In this document: piece by piece, positions 24,951 to 37,330 of the stretch
Layout of the letters: the number at the start of each line of letters is the position of its first letter
Position numbering within the stretch: the stretch's first letter is position 1
DNA from: Chiloscyllium plagiosum
Lineage: Eukaryota
Assembly: GCF_004010195.1 (NCBI RefSeq)
Contig: NC_057718.1
Span: forward strand, 28,111,780 to 28,175,779
DNA length: 64,000 nt
Direction of reading: 5' to 3'
Notes under the pieces: model-generated
What the model saw: only the letters and a program-made list of their open reading frames with translations
What the model was told of the DNA's origin: nothing
Database searches by the model: none
Position numbers and translations under genes: made by a program

Positions 24951-25983
24951 GTCTTGCTGTCCTAATAAGATGAGATAACGATATCTGAAATGAAAGATGT
25001 GGAATATCTTCAACCAGCTAAAGGATGAGCTGTGGTTTCAATCACCACATCTTTGTACCTGTCCCTTGGGCAGCAAGGGCACTGATGGAAGCTAGCCTCA
25101 TCCATCAGGGAACAACACACTTATATGTTGGGAATTTCATCAAGGTGCCACAAATAAATTCCAGGAACACTGCAAAGGACTGGAAGGGAAATAGGCCTTC
25201 ATGATCAATTCAGTTTAGTTATAATCACACAAGAATTAATCTGGTATTATATTAAAATGTTTCACCATAGCTATGTAGGTTTTAAGATCATGAATCCATG
25301 ATTAGTCTCACGTGACTAAGAAATGCACTGTGGGATTTTTGAACAGAATGAAGGGAATAGCATGCCAGATGTCCCTATTTAGCTTATTTTCAAATTATGA
25401 GGACTTGTGACCTTCAAGGTTCGATAATATGCTCTTAGCTCATTGAATCTTTAATGACTATAGTGGTCTGTTCTACCCTCCAGGAGTACCTAAGGACAGG
25501 GGTTAAAATGTCAGTTTCCATTCCGCTGGAGTGTACTAGTGGGACTGAACACTTACATGTGTACCAACCTGTGTCTGAGCATTAATGTGCTGTGAAATTC
25601 AGAGCTGAAGAGCTATCTTCTAGTTATGAGTGTTACAAACTAGTTAAAAAAAATACGGTGATGGAACTTTTTTATATTATATTAAGAAAAAATAATTTTT
25701 TAAATATTACAACAAATACAAAACAATGCAATTCAAAACAGTACAAAACTAAACCCAAATAATAATAAAATAAAATTCCCCAACCCACCTTCCTATACAA
25801 ATGTATAAACATATATAAAGAAGTATAAAATAAAAAAAACCTAAACTAGCTATTTAACTAAATAAATAAATACCTAACAAGAAACAAATAAATAGTAATA
25901 ACTCAGCCCAGCCAAACAAAACACTCATACATTCACAATTCCTCCTCCCTGGATATTGGACTCATGAAACACAATTGTTATGG

Positions 25984-28900
25984 CTATATAAAAGCTCTTG
26001 TTAGTGTGGCAGATAAATCTGTGTCCAGGTATTTCAAAAAGGGTTGCCATGTCTTGTAAAAATTCTCAGTTTTGTGGTGTACCATATTTGTGAGTAAATC
26101 CAGGGGAATGTGCTCCATAACAATCTTCCACCAACCTGACAGGCCTGGGGGGGGGGTTTCTGATATCCAACCTAGCAAGATATTCTTCCTTGCACAGAAT
26201 GTAAGAATATTGAAAAGTTTTTTCTTAAGCACGTCTGCAGGAAATACAATGGGTAGGCCCAAAAGGAGAGAAATAGGGTCCTTCTCCACCCCTACACCTA
26301 AAATCCTCTCCATTGCACCCACCACAGTGCTCCAATATGTTTGAAGCCTGTCACAAGACCAAAGACAATGGGTAAAAGTGCCCGTGCAGACCTTGCACTT
26401 GGGACATGCTGAAGATACCCCTGATTTAAATTTTGACAAACAGTCTGGGGCTAAGTGGACCCTGTGGAGATTCTTCAACAGTAAAGCATGGGTCCTATTG
26501 CAAATTGATATCTTCCTTGCATTCTCCCAAATATCCTCCCATGCCTCTGAAGAAACTTCAACACCCAGCTCTCTTTTCCACATCTTGCAGAGCCGATCAG
26601 ACTCATTTGAGGTGGCACCCCCCAATTGGTGATATAAAATACTGACAGAGAGTGTACTGTTAGCCCTCAGTACCCCTCTTTCTATGTCAGATTTGTAGGG
26701 ATCAGTCCAAAATGTGGTCTTGTTTTGAATAAAATCCCTAACTTGAAAAAAACGAAAGAGGTCTCTATTAGGTAACTCATACTTCCGTACTAACTGGTCA
26801 AAGGACATAATTATATCTCCCTCAAATAAATCACCCTTCCAAGATGTACCCCTAACTGCCCAACGTTTAAATCCTGAATCTATCATACCCGATTGAAAAC
26901 CCAGCATACCCATTAAAGGTGTAAACAAAGATGCTTTGCCAATATTACCTTTCCTCTACTGAATTGTCCTCCATGCTTTAACAGTATTGATGACTATTGG
27001 GTTATGGCAATATTCCCTAACTGTCCTCACCTTGTCCAAAAACAGCAAACTGGGAAGGGGGCAGCTTCGATATCTAGCCATATTGAAAGAGGGTTCCCAC
27101 AAACCCAATCACTCACGTAGGTCAAAAGCGAGCTTAATTGGTAATTTTTAAAGTCCGAATTTTTAATGTCCCCCCCAATCTGTGAGGCAACTGCAGTTTG
27201 TCTAATTTAATGAGGGGCCATTTACGGTGCTGAATCAACTGTTCAGTCTCCTGAGTGTTTGTTCATTGAAAATCAGGGGGAGCATCCGTATAGGGTATAG
27301 CAAACGAGGGAGAATATTCATCTTAATAAGCGCTATCCGACCCAACCATGAGACTGGAAGTGCCTCCCATCTTTGGAGATCTTGTTTCATATTTTCAAAT
27401 AATTGAGTAAAATTGGCTTTGAACAGCCAATCCAGAACTGGAGTAATGAATATGCCCAAATACACAAAATCCCCCTGTGACAACCTAAATGGGAATCTAT
27501 AATCACTCTCAAGAGCCAACTCTTTCATAAGACCACCCATAGGCATAGCCTCTGATTTAGCAAAATTAATCTTATACTCTGAAAAAGCGCCAAATGCGTG
27601 AATGCATTGTATCAGGCAAGGCACTGAAACTGCTGGATTTGTCAAGAAAATTAGAACATCATCTGCATACAGCGAGATCTTATGTAATTTTGACCCCACT
27701 TCTGGAACTGATATATTGAGATCCCATTAATGGCCTCTGCCAACGGTTCAATCACCAACGTAAAAAGTAATGGTGAAAGGGGACAGCCCTGCTGGCTACC
27801 CCTAAAAATATTAAAATTGCTTGATTGTACCCCGTTAGTAATGACCGCAGTGAGAGGTACACTGTAGAGAACCTTTACCCATCTTATGAAAACTTCGCCC
27901 AGACCAAACTGCTCTAGAGTATAGAAAAAGTACAGCTACTCAACTCGGTCAAATGCCTTCTCTGCATCTAAAGAAATCACCAATCCCTGTATTGACTGCT
28001 GTTGGCTTGCTTGAATTACGTTAAGCAGCCCCTAACGTTATTGGAGGATCTGCGACCCTTTATGAAGCCCGTCTGATCCTCTTTAATAATAGAGGGTAAC
28101 ACAGTCTTAATGTGAGAGCCTTAGAAAGAATCTTAAAGTCCACATTTAAGAGCGAGATGGGCCTGTATGAAGCACAGTCTTCCGGATCCTTCCCTTTTTT
28201 AAGGATAAGTGAAATATTGGCCTCTCTCAGAGATGGCTGGAGACAATCATGACTGTATGAATCACTAAACATATTTAGCATCGGGCCTGACAGTATACTT
28301 TTAAATTCCTGATAGAATTCACTAGGAAGTCCGTCAGAACCGGGCGTCTTTCCACTCTGAAGCTGCCTCACAGCTTCCTGCACTTCTTGCTCTGATAATG
28401 GGGCATTGAGAAAGGACTGTTGTTCGGGAGTCACACATCGGGAGCTTCAGATCTCTAAAAAAGGATTCCATTTTGGCCTGCCCTTCCTCACAATTCTCAG
28501 ACTGATATAACTTAGAGTAGAATCTCTGGAATGCCACATTAATCTTTTTAGAATCACATGTTAGGTTCCCAGATCCTTCCCTAATTGNNNNNNNNNNNNN
28601 NNNNNNNNNNNNNNNNNNNNNNNNNNNNNNNNNNNNNNNNNNNNNNNNNNNNNNNNNNNNNNNNNNNNNNNNNNNNNNNNNNNNNNNNNNNNNNNNNNNN
28701 NNNNNNNNNNNNNNNNNNNNNNNNNNNNNNNNNNNNNNNNNNNNNNNNNNNNNNNNNNNNNNNNNNNNNNNNNNNNNNNNNNNNNNNNNNNNNNNNNNNN
28801 NNNNNNNNNNNNNNNNNNNNNNNNNNNNNNNNNNNNNNNNNNNNNNNNNNNNNNNNNNNNNNNNNNNNNNNNNNNNNNNNNNNNNNNNNNNNNNNNNNNN

Positions 28901-29311
28901 NNNNNNNNNNNNNNNNNNNNNNNNNNNNNNNNNNNNNNNNNNNNNNNNNNNNNNNNNNNNNNNNNNNNNNNNNNNNNNNNNNNNNNNNNNNNNNNNNNNN
29001 NNNNNNNNNNNNNNNNNNNNNNNNNNNNNNNNNNNNNNNNNNNNNNNNNNNNNNNNNNNNNNNNNNNNNNNNNNNNNNNNNNNNNNNNNNNNNNNNNNNN
29101 NNNNNNNNNNNNNNNNNNNNNNNNNNNNNNNNNNNNNNNNNNNNNNNNNNNNNNNNNNNNNNNNNNNNNNNNNNNNNNNNNNNNNNNNNNNNNNNNNNNN
29201 NNNNNNNNNNNNNNNNNNNNNNNNNNNNNNNCTCAAGAGTACCTTCTTTCTCTTAATTGGTGAGTGACTTCCCTTGATATTCCAGGTACACCATTTAATC
29301 AAATCATTAGC
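25984..29311 (-). pseudogene. L1 ORF2 (APE endonuclease - RT - CCHC), frameshifted, partly in N gap
   Basis: TWNIKG (EN start), GKTPGSDG, SYRPISLLNVDFKIL, QGCPLSPLLF (~27765-27795), LYADD, CPKC...HCLWSC. Confidence 0.92.
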
Positions 29312-29916
29312 CATAATCTTCTGCAATTACATTTAAATTCCAGAGAGGAGGAACCCGAACCACAAATTGCTGCGCCTTAGTGTCACATGGTCCACCAAAT
29401 ATAAAAACTACATAAACTAAAACCACTACATTTAACAAACAAACAAAATTATTAAAAATAAAAAAACAACAAAAACCAGAAAACAAACCAGCATATAAAG
29501 CACCAATAGCGCTAAGTAGGGGAACTCACCCCCTGCCCGGAGGGGGCAACTACCCATCCCGAACTGCCTATAAATAGGCAACTAACCATCTCAATCACCT
29601 TCACTTCTCCCAGCTAGAGCCGCATCGCAAGCACAAGCTAAAAAGAATAAACACTCCATAGAATATCAATACGAATAAAAAAACATTCTTTTATAAAAAA
29701 AGGGAATAAATATCTCACCCATCCTTTGGTATGTCCTAACTTAGAAATTTAAAATGTACATCTTAACCACCACCAGACATAGTTTGAACAAATTATTATC
29801 AAAAGAGGAAAAAAAAGGGGGAAAACAATGCTCCAACTGGATTTCCTCCATTTCTTTTACAGAATGATAAACGCATACCCAAGCAACGATATTTATACAT
29901 ACTACAATTGTTTAAA

Positions 29917-30721
29917 TTAGGTTAGTTTGTCCACAAAGTCTCTTGCCTTCTCTGATGTGTCAAAGAGATGAATGGATCCATCTAAGGTGATCCAAAGCAC
30001 TGCCGAATATCTCAGGGAGTACTGAATCCCAAGCTCCCTCAGTCTTCTCTTGACACCATCATACTATTTTTGTTTCTGGATCACCGCTGCTGAAAAGTCC
30101 TGAAAAAACATGATCTTAAATTAGGGCCTTTGGATCCTTTCCCTGGAGTCTGGAAGCCTCCATGACTCTCTCCTTATCCTGGTAATGATGGAACCGCACC
30201 AGGAAAGGATGAGGGCGTTGACCCAGATCTGACCTCTGTGCTGTGATCCGGTGAGCCCTCTCTATCTTCAATCCTCTCATGCCAGTCTCCAAGTCAAGGA
30301 ATTTCGGAAGCCAATCTTTAACAAATTCCGCAGGCCGCTCACCTTCCTTACCCTCAGGCAGACCAATGATCCGAATGTTTTTTCTCCTGCCCCTGTTTTC
30401 AAGGTCATCCACTTGGTCACGAAAATTACGAACCTGCGTCTTCAGGGCTTGGATCTCATCCTTGAATGAACTGGCATCAGCTTCCACCACTGTGACCCTG
30501 TGCTCCACCTCATCCGTCCTCTTCTCCAGGTCTCCCAGCTGCTGCTCATGCTTCTGCAGCGTGAGAGAGACTGGAACCAGCTTCTCTTCAATCTGTTTCC
30601 CCAGCACCTCCTGAGATTTCGAGAGCTCGTTCACCAGGTCCTGGAGAGTAATCTGCTCTGAGGCTGCTGCAGGCTGAGCTGTAGACCCAGCCTTGGATGC
30701 TCCTCCTCCCTTTTTAGGCAC
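29917..30721 (-). pseudogene. L1 ORF1 (coiled coil + RRM/CTD), frameshifted near 30116
   Basis: DDLENRGRRKNIRIIGLPEG, IERAHR; C-terminus KIMFFQDFS...DFVDKLT* continues in another frame to 29917 with an internal stop. Confidence 0.9.
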
Positions 30722-30886
30722 TTCTGGACAGCTGAAAATACAGGTAAGTCAATTTTTAAATGTTTCTTGGGGCACCACAATCTTTCCAACGCCCCAAGAA
30801 ATCCTGATGATCTGGGTTGGGCGGGTTAAAGGACCGTCCTGCTCTTGCTGCGATGTGAAGCTCTGCAGTGTGATCTTCTCAGATCA

Positions 30887-30896
30887 CCGCCATCTT
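30887..30896 (-). promoter_or_regulatory. YY1-type motif (AAGATGGCGG) at the L1 5' terminus
   Basis: ccgccatctt on the + strand, ~12 nt inside the L1 5' end, the position known for YY1 sites in mammalian L1 internal promoters. Confidence 0.55.
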
Positions 30897-31039
30897 AGAT
30901 CCCCCAGAGTGATGGAACTTTAATCATCCTACAAAACCATGAATCTTGAAAAAACCCCAATGTCAATATTACTAGTAACTTCCTCTGTAACAGCCACAAA
31001 TATTTCCTTTTCACAAGCAATTCAGAGTGTAAGGGGTAT

Positions 31040-32305
31040 GTGGCAGGTACTCATGTGACTTGGCCAACATTGTTTACTTCATACGCTGCAGGCAAGGATG
31101 CCCTGAGGCATGTTACACTGGTGAGACCGAGCAGAGGCTACGGCAATGGATGAATGGACACTACACAATAATCAACAGACAGGAGCGTTCCCTCCCGGTC
31201 AGAGAACACTTCAGTGGTCCAGGATATTCGGCCTCAGACCTTTGGGTGATCGTCCTCCAAGGGGTCTTCAGGATAGGCAACAACGCAAAGTGGCTGAGCA
31301 GAAACTGATAGCCAAGTTCGGTACCCATGGGGATGGCCTCAACCAGGACTTTGGGTTTATGTCATACTACAGGTGACCCCACTACACAGACACAGACACA
31401 CACACACACTCTCTCATAGACAGTCAGACACTCCTACAGACACACACGCACACACACACACACTCCAACAGCCGCAGACGCTGTCTCATACACAAGCTCT
31501 CTTTCATATGCTCACACATACACACCCACACACGCACCCTCTCACAGACTTATACCCCTTTACACTCACATTCACACACGTACACATTCATACACTCTCT
31601 CACAGACACTCACACCACCTCGCATTCACACACCCACATACACAGACACACACCCACAAGTTTGTGGTGTGAATTTGTACTTCGAGAATTGCATTTTATT
31701 TTGCTCAAAAACTGCATGAATCCATGTAAGATTCTGTAAATCCCTTTTTTTTGGTTAGAATCAGTCTGAACACTGGGGCACAGACAGCCTCACACAGGGC
31801 ACCTCACACCTTCAATGCATTATCTGGGCCAACATGTCACTTATTAGAACTTAGAAAAGTACAGCACAGAACAGGCCCTTTTGCCCACGATGTTGTGCCG
31901 AGATTTAATCCTAATATAAAATATAATAACTTAACCTACGCACCCCTCAATTCACTGCTATCCATGTGCATGTCCAGAAGTCGCTTTAAAGTTCACTTGA
32001 GAATGTAACTTTAAGAAAGTTCTGAAATTTACATATGAAAGAACTGAAACCAGCATGCCCATTCTAAAAGATGAGAGACTTATTAAACAATCCAGGTCTT
32101 TTTTAATATATAATTTCAGTTACATCACACTATAAATTTTTGCTATAAATTCTGTGTCCTACGATCTTATACTCCAGAACTACCTGATGAAGGAGCAGTG
32201 CTCCAAAAACTAGTGCTTCCCAATAAACCTGTTGGACTTTAACCTGGTGTTGTGTGATTTTTAACTTTGTTCACCCCAATCCAAAACCAGCTCCTCCAAC
32301 TCGTG
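31040..32305 (+). mobile_element. Penelope-like element 3' part (GIY-YIG C-terminus, CA-rich tract, pLTR); CR1-tail fragment nested at ~31845-31990
   Basis: NIVYFIRCRQGCPEACYTGETEQRLRQWMNGH; EQKLIAKFGTHGDGLNQD; CTGATGAAGGAGC at 32184. Confidence 0.85.
31385..31658. repeat. Degenerate (CA)n tract
   Basis: Low-complexity CA/CT repeats inside the PLE 3' region. Confidence 0.9.
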
Positions 32306-33197
32306 GTCTAATTTGACGCATTTTAATGGAATCTGCAATCAGTAATGTTCACAAAGTAAACATCTGTTGTTGCAGTGAGGCTTAGTTTCTGAAGCAGACT
32401 TTGTAATTTAGCCTTTAAACTGGCTGCGATATCTATCACATTATTTATAGGAAAAGATCAATGGTGAATTGGCTGACTCATTTGCAGTCTGGAATGAAGT
32501 CATTAGCTATCTTCTGAAATAAAGTTGTGCCTACTGCCTGCATCTTCCACATTACAGCTTCTGGCTAATAAGAATTGTAACTGATAATGGGTTGCAGTGC
32601 CTATTGATTTTATTCCTCAGATGTGCTCGATCAGACTGCAAAATGTGCAATGCGAGAAACGTTTGTTACTTTAACCCACACATTTTAGACCTTAATTAGT
32701 CTGTTCAAACAACAATAATCAGTTTAAAGTGCAATGGTAGTGGGGAAGGTTGAACAAAATGAGACAAAAATGACTTGGGTTTGGCTAATATTAACTGCTT
32801 AAAACCCAAATTTTTTCACAGTAGGAAATGACAGATCATCCCCTCGTGTTGCTGAGTAATTCGCAGCATGACTTACAGTTGCCTGATGTACAAAAGCATC
32901 ATCTTTTGAACTTGCTGCACAATGCTACCATCATCAGCCCCTTCCTCTCACCTTCATTGCTGAAAGCATTGCAGGGCTCATAGTAGTGTGGTTACTTTTG
33001 AACCCAGCCAATCCTGGGTTCAAGTCCTGCCTGCACCAGAAGTATGCAGTAACATTCCTAAAGAGTTTGATAAAGCATTAGAAGATCTGTAACAGGAAAA
33101 TGTCAACTTGAATAAGATTTTTAACTCATTGGAAATAGTCACTGAGTTATACAGAGCTGAAATCTGGCCCATTGGGTCCAACATGTGCATCTATATT

Positions 33198-33660
33198 AAA
33201 AATCGAAAGAACTGTGGATGCTGGAAATCAGAAACAAAAATATTCACTGCTTGAAAAGCTCAGCAGATCTGGCAGCATCTGTGAAGAGAAATCAGAGTTA
33301 ACGTTTCAGGTCCAGTGACACTTCTTCAGAACCTGGGCCCGAAACATTAACTCTGATTTGTCTTCACAGATGCTGCCATATCTGCTGAGCTTTTCCAGCA
33401 ACTTCTATTTTTGCAGCTAAGAAAATGTTGGTTTTTATGCAGAAGATAGGGTGTGGGGAGGGGGTAAGGGGTAATCGATGGGTGGAGATAGAGCCCAAAG
33501 AGACTGAAGAACAGATGGACAGACAAAGGAGTGGATAACATTCAGGGTAGGAGGGTGATTAGATCTTAGTGGGGACTCTTAGTGGCTAACAATGGGTTGT
33601 GTGTAATAGCGGACCATGTGATAATAGGGCTTGGTGTGTGTGGGTTGGGGTAAGGATATC
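33198..33660. mobile_element. Fold-back PLE end (33198-33415) joined to a minus-strand PLE 3' fragment
   Basis: Inverted arms aatcagagttaacgtttc / gaaacattaactctgatt; minus-strand core CUGAAGA...GAAACGUU at 33300-33329. Confidence 0.7.
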
Positions 33661-34778
33661 TATCTATACTGATTGATCTATATTGAATGCATCTATATTG
33701 ATTAATGTCAAACTCATCCTTTCACTGTTTCCCTCAAACCTCTCTCTGCAAAAAATGCCCTTGTTACTTGGCTCAATTATACTGGGTTTGAATTACCTTA
33801 CTGGTAACCTAAGGTTGGACTGAGACTTGTCTAAGTTTAAACTTATTTGACTTTGAAAAGAAGAATCTATCAATATGAAATAATGTAAGTCTCCTGACTG
33901 TTTCTGTTAAAGAAAAAAGGACCTTTGATCCATCAACTCTGGGCCGGCCAAAAACAACCACTGACTATTCTAATCCCATGTTCCAGAACTTGGTCCATAA
34001 TTTTGCATGCCTCGGCATCACAAATTCACATCTAAATGCTTCTTCAACATGATGAGGGTTCCTGCCTTTACCACCCTTACAATTGTAGATTCCCACCACC
34101 CTCTGGGTGAAAACTGGTTTCCTCACTGGTTTCCTTCTCTAAATCTTCTGCCCCTTAACTTAAATGTATGCCCATGGTCATTAATCCCTCCAGCAAGGGG
34201 AAATGTTCTTTACTGTCTATCCTGTCTATGCCCCTCATAATTTAACATATCTCAATTCGAATCACCTTTAGTAACTTATTTGATTGTTTCCTTCTTCCTT
34301 TGAAGAAAATATTTTGTCCCATTTTTTCTCCATATTTTCTGGTGTTTCAATTTTCATTTGTGATGAACCATTTACCACAAAGATCAGTGCAGGGACCACC
34401 ACAGTTCAAAGTTTGCATTAATGATTTGGACATTAAAATTGAAAATAACAATTTGTGGCTGACATCAAACTGAAAGGCAAAGCCAATAATGAGAAAGAAT
34501 CAGGATTATGTAGAAATGATCTAACAATTTTCTAAAAGGTTGTAAGTGTATTAAAAGTTACCACGTTTTTGTGAATAGGTTAACCTAGCTGTAGCTGGAC
34601 TCAAGATTCTAAAAACATGGTCACTACAAGTCACCTGACTATACAACTGTAAGCTCAAATAGATTGCAGATGATATACCCAGACATGTATAGACTCTTAT
34701 CCAGGAGATAATGATGTTGCATTGATGACTCATATTGAAAATATAGAATTGGCATTGACCACAACAGAAGAGCCAAAG

Positions 34779-35100
34779 ATAGATTTAGATTAGATTAGAT
34801 TACAGTGTGGAAACAGGCCCTTCGGCCCAACAAGTCCACACTGACCCGCCGAAGCGAAACCCACCCATATCCCTACATTTACCCCTTACCTAACACTACG
34901 GGCAATTTAGCATGGCCAATTCACCTGACCCTGCACATCTTTTGTGACTGTGGGAGGAAACCGGAGCACCCGGAGGAAACCCACGCAGACACGGGGAGAA
35001 CGTGCAAACTCCACACAGTCAGTCGCCTGAGGCGGGAATTGAACCCGGGTCTCAGGCGCTGTGAGGCAGCAGTGCTAACCACTGTGCCACCGTGCCACCC
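34779..35100 (-). mobile_element. HE1-type SINE, young copy
   Basis: Reverse complement of the 7112-7435 family, CpGs retained, (ttaga)n tail. Confidence 0.92.
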
Positions 35101-35454
35101 ACAAAATATTTTCCACCATAGAGGAAGAATTGATTCTTTATATGGAATATGACTTGTTTATTTTGTAATGGTCCCTTTGTAATGGCAGCTATCCTAGATA
35201 TCTAGATGACTCCATTTTGTATACAGTCAGGAAGAAATCCCTGTTGAGAGTGAAAGAGAGATAGAGAGAGAGAGAGACATCCAAATAACAAATGGTTCAC
35301 TGTAGAGTATGATTGGGCAGCTAAAATGAAGACACCTGCTGAATCAGAATCCAGGAATCTTCTTTCTCCAAAACCTGCAGTTCTGATGAATCTACCTTTA
35401 CAAAAAAGCAACTTTGAATTACAAAAGCCAACGCAGAAATGGGATCCACCTTCA

Positions 35455-37330
35455 AGAGGGAAGGGCTATAGATGTCATATACATGGATTTCAGCAAGGTG
35501 TTTGATAAGGTACCCCATGGTAGGCAGATGGAGAAAGTAAAGTTGCATGGGGTCCAGGTGTACTAGATGGAGAACTGGCTGGACAGCAGGAGACACAGAA
35601 TAGTAGTGCAAGGGAGTTTCTCAAAATGGAGAACTGTGACCAGTGGTGTTCCACAGGGATCCGTGTTGGGACTCCTGTTGTTTGTGATACACATAAATGA
35701 TCTGAAGGAAGGTATAGGTGGTTTGATTAGCAAGTTTGCAGATGACACTAAGATTGGTGGAAAATCAGATAGTGAAGGGGACTGTCAGAGAATGCAGCAG
35801 AATATAGATAGATTGGCAAGTTGGGCAGAGAAATGGCAGATGGATTTCAATCTGGGCAAATACGAGGTGATGTATTTTAGAAGATTCAATTCAAGAGCGA
35901 ACTATATGGTAACTGGAAAAGCCCTGGGGAAAATTGATGTACAGAGAGATCTGGGTGTTCAGGTCCATTGTACCCTGAAGGTGGCAACTTAGGTCGATAG
36001 ACAGGCTAAGAAGGCATATGACATGTTTTCCTTCATTGGACATGGTATTGAGTACAAGTGTTGGCAGGTCACATTATAATTGTATAAGACTTTGGTTCGG
36101 CCACATTTGGAATACTGCATACAGTTCTGGTCGCCATATTACCTTGGAGAGGGTGCAGAGGAGGTTCACCAGGATGTTGCCTGGTATGGAGGATACTAGC
36201 TATCAAGAGAGGCTGAGTAGGTTAGGATTATTTTCATTAGAAAGATGGAGGATGAGGGGGACCTGAGTGAGGTCTACAGAAGCATGAGAGATAGAGACAG
36301 GGTGGATAGTGTTAAGACGGATCCGCGGGGTCCCGTCTTTGCGTGTTCTTTCAGAAGGAGAGACTCACACTGGCAACTATGGTTAGACGCAGACAGCAGT
36401 TTCTCCACAGAATCTTAACTGGTACAACGAATCTACAAGCATGCATTCGTTGGAGAAGGCGTTCTCCCTTCTCGTTCAAACTTGACACAATTATACTTCG
36501 CGCTGCCTGGAGTCCCCGGTCAGTTCGCCTTCCCCATTGGTCCATTCATCTGCGCGCGCTGGGGATCCGTCCTCCTATTGGCCGCATTGAAGTGCCTGTC
36601 CAGCTCCTGCTGTGCTTGACAATGGCTCAGCCATCCCTGGGAGCGGTTCTGATCCCGTATTCAATAGTTCATTGTTTCAAGGAATTACTATGCGTCTGAC
36701 AGGCTAGCCATTTTCAATAGTTTTTAGTTTAACTAAATTGTCAATTACACTTATCAACTTTAGACTTAAATAGAGCCATTCACTACAGGTTCCGATAGAG
36801 CAATTCACACTTGTCTAACAGTTACAGATTCCGATCAGTTTCTTTATTCATCCCGAGTTTCGATGGGGCAATTGATACTGGCTGGTATTTACAGGCTCCA
36901 AGATTTAATTAACATTATGCAGATCCCTTACAAGCTCCAGCCCGGTAGTCATGCAGTTGCCTGCAGCAGCTCGCTTGGCTGTTGTTAACCATTTCAGGGC
37001 TAGAAGTGTCACCCTCCCTAGCCCTACATTAAACACCCCAGTGAAATCTCCCCAACAATAGCAAGAAGGTTTTTCCCAGAGTGGAGGACTCAATTGCTAG
37101 GGTCACAAGTTCAAGGTAAGAAGGGAAAGGTTTAAGGGAGATATGCATTACGCAGAAGATGGTGGGTGCCTGGAACGCGTTGCCAGCTGAGGTGGCAGAG
37201 GTGGGCATGATAGTCATTTAAGATGTATCCATACAGAACGTAAATGGGCAGGGAGCAGAGGGATACAGATCCTTAGAAAGGTGCAGGCTTGGAAGGCCGG
37301 AGGGCCTCTTCCTGTGCTGTAATTTTCTCT
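35455..37330 (+). mobile_element. CR1 LINE RT to tail, split by solo LTR
   Basis: TSGVPQGSVLG, SKFADDTKIG, QRDLGVQVH; text resumes at 37058 'atagcaagaaggtttttccc'. Confidence 0.9.
36310..37057 (-). mobile_element. Solo LTR, ERV-like, 748 bp
   Basis: TGTT...AACA termini; perfect 4-bp TSD ATAG (36306-36309 / 37058-37061); minus-strand CCAAT (36577-36581, 36536-36540) upstream of TATAA (36491-36495). Confidence 0.85.

Larger units (their letters stand above)
25671..30908 (-). mobile_element. Full-length L1 retrotransposon (inactivated)
   Basis: 13-bp TSD gtgatggaacttt (25658-25670 / 30909-30921); 5' end GGGGG..AAGATGGCGG; ORF1, long spacer, ORF2, AT-rich 3' UTR. Confidence 0.95.

Noticed and set aside
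28588..29231. Apparently shortened L1 endonuclease/linker region
   Set aside because: Falls in a 644-N gap whose size is only an estimate; cannot be called a deletion
31373..31672. His/Thr-rich 99-aa ORF
   Set aside because: Translation of a (CA)n tract
35326..35470. Short ORF MKTPAESESRNLLSPKP...
   Set aside because: Short, no recognisable homology or clear splice context, and it runs into a CR1
36343..36699. 118-aa ORF in the solo LTR
   Set aside because: Antisense to the inferred LTR orientation, no recognisable domain, and expected by chance in GC-richer DNA
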